Source: Amphiscolops sp. MND2022 (Eukaryota). From it: a stretch of DNA of 64,000 nucleotides. The notes under the pieces were generated by a model. That model was not told where the DNA came from. It did not search any database and saw only the letters and a list, made by a program, of their open reading frames with translations. Position numbers and translations under genes: made by a program. Of the stretch, positions 60,948 through 64,000 are shown piece by piece. Every line of letters starts with the position of its first letter. Within the stretch, counting starts at the first letter, position 1. The stretch covers positions 49,354,001 through 49,418,000 of the forward strand of contig OZ076409.1 of the NCBI GenBank assembly GCA_964187785.1, written 5' to 3'.

Positions 60948-63900
60948 TTAGTGAGTTGTAGTCATGGCGTCAAGTCGCCTGAAGTCAGGATTAGCGTTAG
61001 GTTTAGGATTAGGTCGTAAATTGTACTTTGCTTTTTTCCTTGGGTTGTATCCGACAGCTGTAGGCGGTGATTTTGGGGGGAATAGGTGGACTTTCAATGG
61101 GTGGGGGGCGTCGTACGTATGGGTTATCCCCTACGACTGTTGTAAGGTTTGAAAAATCTGGAGACGGCGGCGCTACGTCGTTTGTATCTTCGATGTAATT
61201 TTTTGACGTTTCTGGCGTTGTGTCTTCGTCGTTTGTATTTGTCACTTCTTGTATTTCTACGTGATGGTTGTTTCTTGTGCTTTCTGATGTTTCGTGTTCA
61301 TTAATCTGCTTTCCAATATCCATTTCCCATGATACCGCATACCACTCGTTGTGTGAGACTTTAACGTCTGGGTCAGGAAGGTAGTCGTTGGCTCGGACTG
61401 TGACGTCGGGCAAGCGTTGCTCTGGTACGTAAGGTCGTATGCGAATTCTGTGTAGTGTTTGTGTATATCTTGTGCCAATTTTTCGTATTGTGTAGTTGTT
61501 GTTTGAGAGCACTTTGGTTACTACATACGGTCCTGTCCAGATGCAATCTTGAAACGCAAACTTTGTCGATTGATTGTCGGCATTCGGGTTAAGTATATAG
61601 TAGTCGTTAATTTTCAGAGGAGCCGCGGTCGCTTTGCGGTCGTAGTATTTTTTGTGTTTGAGATAGGACAGCATGATGTTGTCCTCTGCCGTCGCTCGCA
61701 CTTCGTCGATTTGTTTTTGGAGTTGTTCTGCTATATCCGAATGGGGGGTGGTTTTCCACTTTGGCTTGATGCCCAGTTTTAAATCGAGAACGTTGTAAGG
61801 TATACGTCCGTGAAATACTGTAGATGGTTCGCAGCCCAATGTTTCATGGTATGTTGTATTGTAATTTATTACTGCGATTTGGACATACTTGTGCCACATT
61901 GAGCGTCGTTCGCCCGTTGATATTTTTAGAGCAGTTTTGATTGAAGCGTGCGTTCTCTCCAAAATTCCGATTGTTTGTGCATGCTTCGTAGATGCGTGGC
62001 TGATTTGAATTTCGAGTATCTGAGTTATCTCTGCGACGATTTCTGATCGGAATTGCGAGCCTTTATCTGATAGAATCAATGTTGGTAGGTATGCATGTTC
62101 TGTCATGACATCGACAATACATCGTCCTATTGTTTTTGCTGTGCTATTCGGCGTTGGATATGCAAATAGATAACGCGAAAAGACATCAATCAACGTGACA
62201 ATGTTTTGGTATCCCGCGGAGTTTGGTAAGTTCGGCATTATGTCTATTTCTAGGATATCTTCTGGACCTAAGACGTGTTCCGTATTGTTGATCATCTTTG
62301 GTCGGGTTTGGCTGTTGTTGATTCGTTTGTATTTGATGCAGTCTTTGCATTGCATTACCCACTGTCCGATCCTCTTTGCTAATCCGGGGTAGAAATACTT
62401 TGATCGGCATTCTTGGATCATTTTTGTGATTCCTCGATGCTTTCCCATTTGTCCATGAATTGCTTTCAAGAGTTCTGTGATTAAATGTTCGGGGATTAAA
62501 ATTTGATGATGAGTGACTTGGCCACATTCCCCGTAGTATTTGCGCATTAGTACTCCATTTTTCACTATTAGTCTGTTCTCGTGGAGTAGGAGACGCTTGG
62601 CTGTCGGATCGGTCTGAAGAAGATGTTTGTCGTATTCTTCACATATCAGTTTCTTTTTGATTGCTTTGAAAACCAAATTCGAGTCTTGCTCGACCCTAAT
62701 GCGTGCGTCTTCTTTTATTGCCCCAAAAGTATAAGATGCCTTATTCATTGGAATTGGGGTGGTTTCTTTGATGGCTAGTTTAATTTTGGTCGTCTCCTCG
62801 TCGCGCGCATTTTGTTTAGCTTGTTCTTTCTGCGAGAGGATTTCTTCTTCGATTTCAATTGTTTCGTCTGGGAGGAAGAAAAGTTGTTCCTCATCTGCGA
62901 CGTCTGTAGATTGCAAGTTGACCTGTATTGGGCGGATTATGATGTCATCTCGTATCTTTAATTCGACTCTCTCTTTAGAGTTGAGGTCGATTCGTGATAG
63001 GAAGTCTGCTGCTGTATTTTGCGTACCCGCGACGTGCATTATGTGGAAGTTGAATTGTAGTACATAATCACATGCATTCCACAGAGTGGGCGGGATCGCT
63101 TTTGTTTGAAAGAAACGCGTTACCGATCTGTTGTCGGTCATCACAAGAGTTGGTAGGGTTGTTTCCCATAGAATATGGCTGTATTCAAGGAAGGCGTGAT
63201 AGATTGCTAAAAATTCCTTGCAGTAAATTGACATTTTGATTTGGGCCGGGGAAAACACTTTTGATCCAAATGCGACTGGTGCAAATGTCTTCTTTTTTGA
63301 ATTGAGTTTTTTGTCGTTGTCTTCCTCAATCATTAGCGCATAGCCGGAGGCTCGGAAGCTGGCATCCGTCATCAGGACGTACTGTCGTCCTGTGATTGGT
63401 TGTTTGAGAGCCAAACCGCAAGCTTGCGCCAGTGTTGCGTTGATAGCTTTGTAGTGGTCAAGTAGCTCTTTTGTGACTTTGATGTGCTTGTCTGCTTTCA
63501 GCAGTTCATAGAATCCGAGCAATTTCTCAGGCAATCTCGGGATGTAGTTGCGATAATAATTGACAAAACCGATGTATCTTTGTACTTGTTTCTTGGATTT
63601 TGGAAATCTCACATTTGCCAGGAATTTTTGAATTTTATGATCCTGCGGGGCGATTCCTTGTGGTGTGATCGTTCTTCCAAGGAATTCGACTTCGGTTACT
63701 CCAAAGTGGCATTTTTCGATGGTTAATTTGAGTCCCGCTCTTCGGATGCATTAAAAAACGGCTCGCATGTTGCGTATCAGTTGCGTCACAGAATTGGCCG
63801 TGATTCCAATGTCGTCCACGTACTGCGCGCATTGGTCGGCTTTGATTACTTTATCCAAGTATTCTCGCATGAAGCTTGAAAATGCCGACAGGGCTCTGCT

Positions 63901-64000
63901 CAGTCCTTGTGCTAGGCGTTTGTAGGCGAACGTCCTGCTTGCAAAGTTGAAGGCTAGCGTTTCGATTGATCGCTGGTCTGCCATCTGTAGGCAATGATAT
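60948..64000 (-). pseudogene. pol: Pol (RT-RH-IN) of element 4, partial
   Basis: ORFs 63751..63984 and 61009..63612 align with element 3 Pol; in-frame TAA at 63751-63753 and a frameshift in the G run near 61075. Confidence 0.92.

Larger units (their letters stand above)
53180..64000 (-). mobile_element. Second, diverged copy of the giant Gypsy family (element 4), truncated by the window end
   Basis: 3' LTR with the same termini, the same accessory ORFs in the same order, and a pol highly similar to element 3. Confidence 0.95.

Overview
AT-rich eukaryotic (animal-like) genomic DNA that is mostly transposable elements. The left third holds probable exons of an unidentified minus-strand host gene. 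Its introns contain a ~5-kb foldback element, a Tc1 remnant, Helentron-associated (HINE/DINE-1-like) repeats, a minisatellite-TIR MITE and a compact Ty3/Gypsy element (14069-20027). A second compact Gypsy lies at 26562-31866. The main find is a giant, complex Gypsy family present twice. One copy is complete (34295-50360, 16,066 bp, 2,327-bp LTRs, GTCTT target-site duplication); a diverged sister (53180->64000, minus strand) runs off the window. Besides gag and a -1-frameshifted pol, both carry: (i) a 7-exon spliced ANTISENSE gene (~1,098 aa in the intact copy) with a BED-like zinc finger and a body resembling a catalytically dead hAT transposase, with intron positions and phases conserved between the copies; (ii) a sense, acidic, SIM-motif ORF that reads across the PPT into the 3' LTR; (iii) a repeat- and CCAAT-rich spacer between these divergent genes; (iv) a Gag N-terminus encoded inside the LTR. 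Coordinates and splice models were read by eye. Protein family assignments are motif recognition, not database searches.
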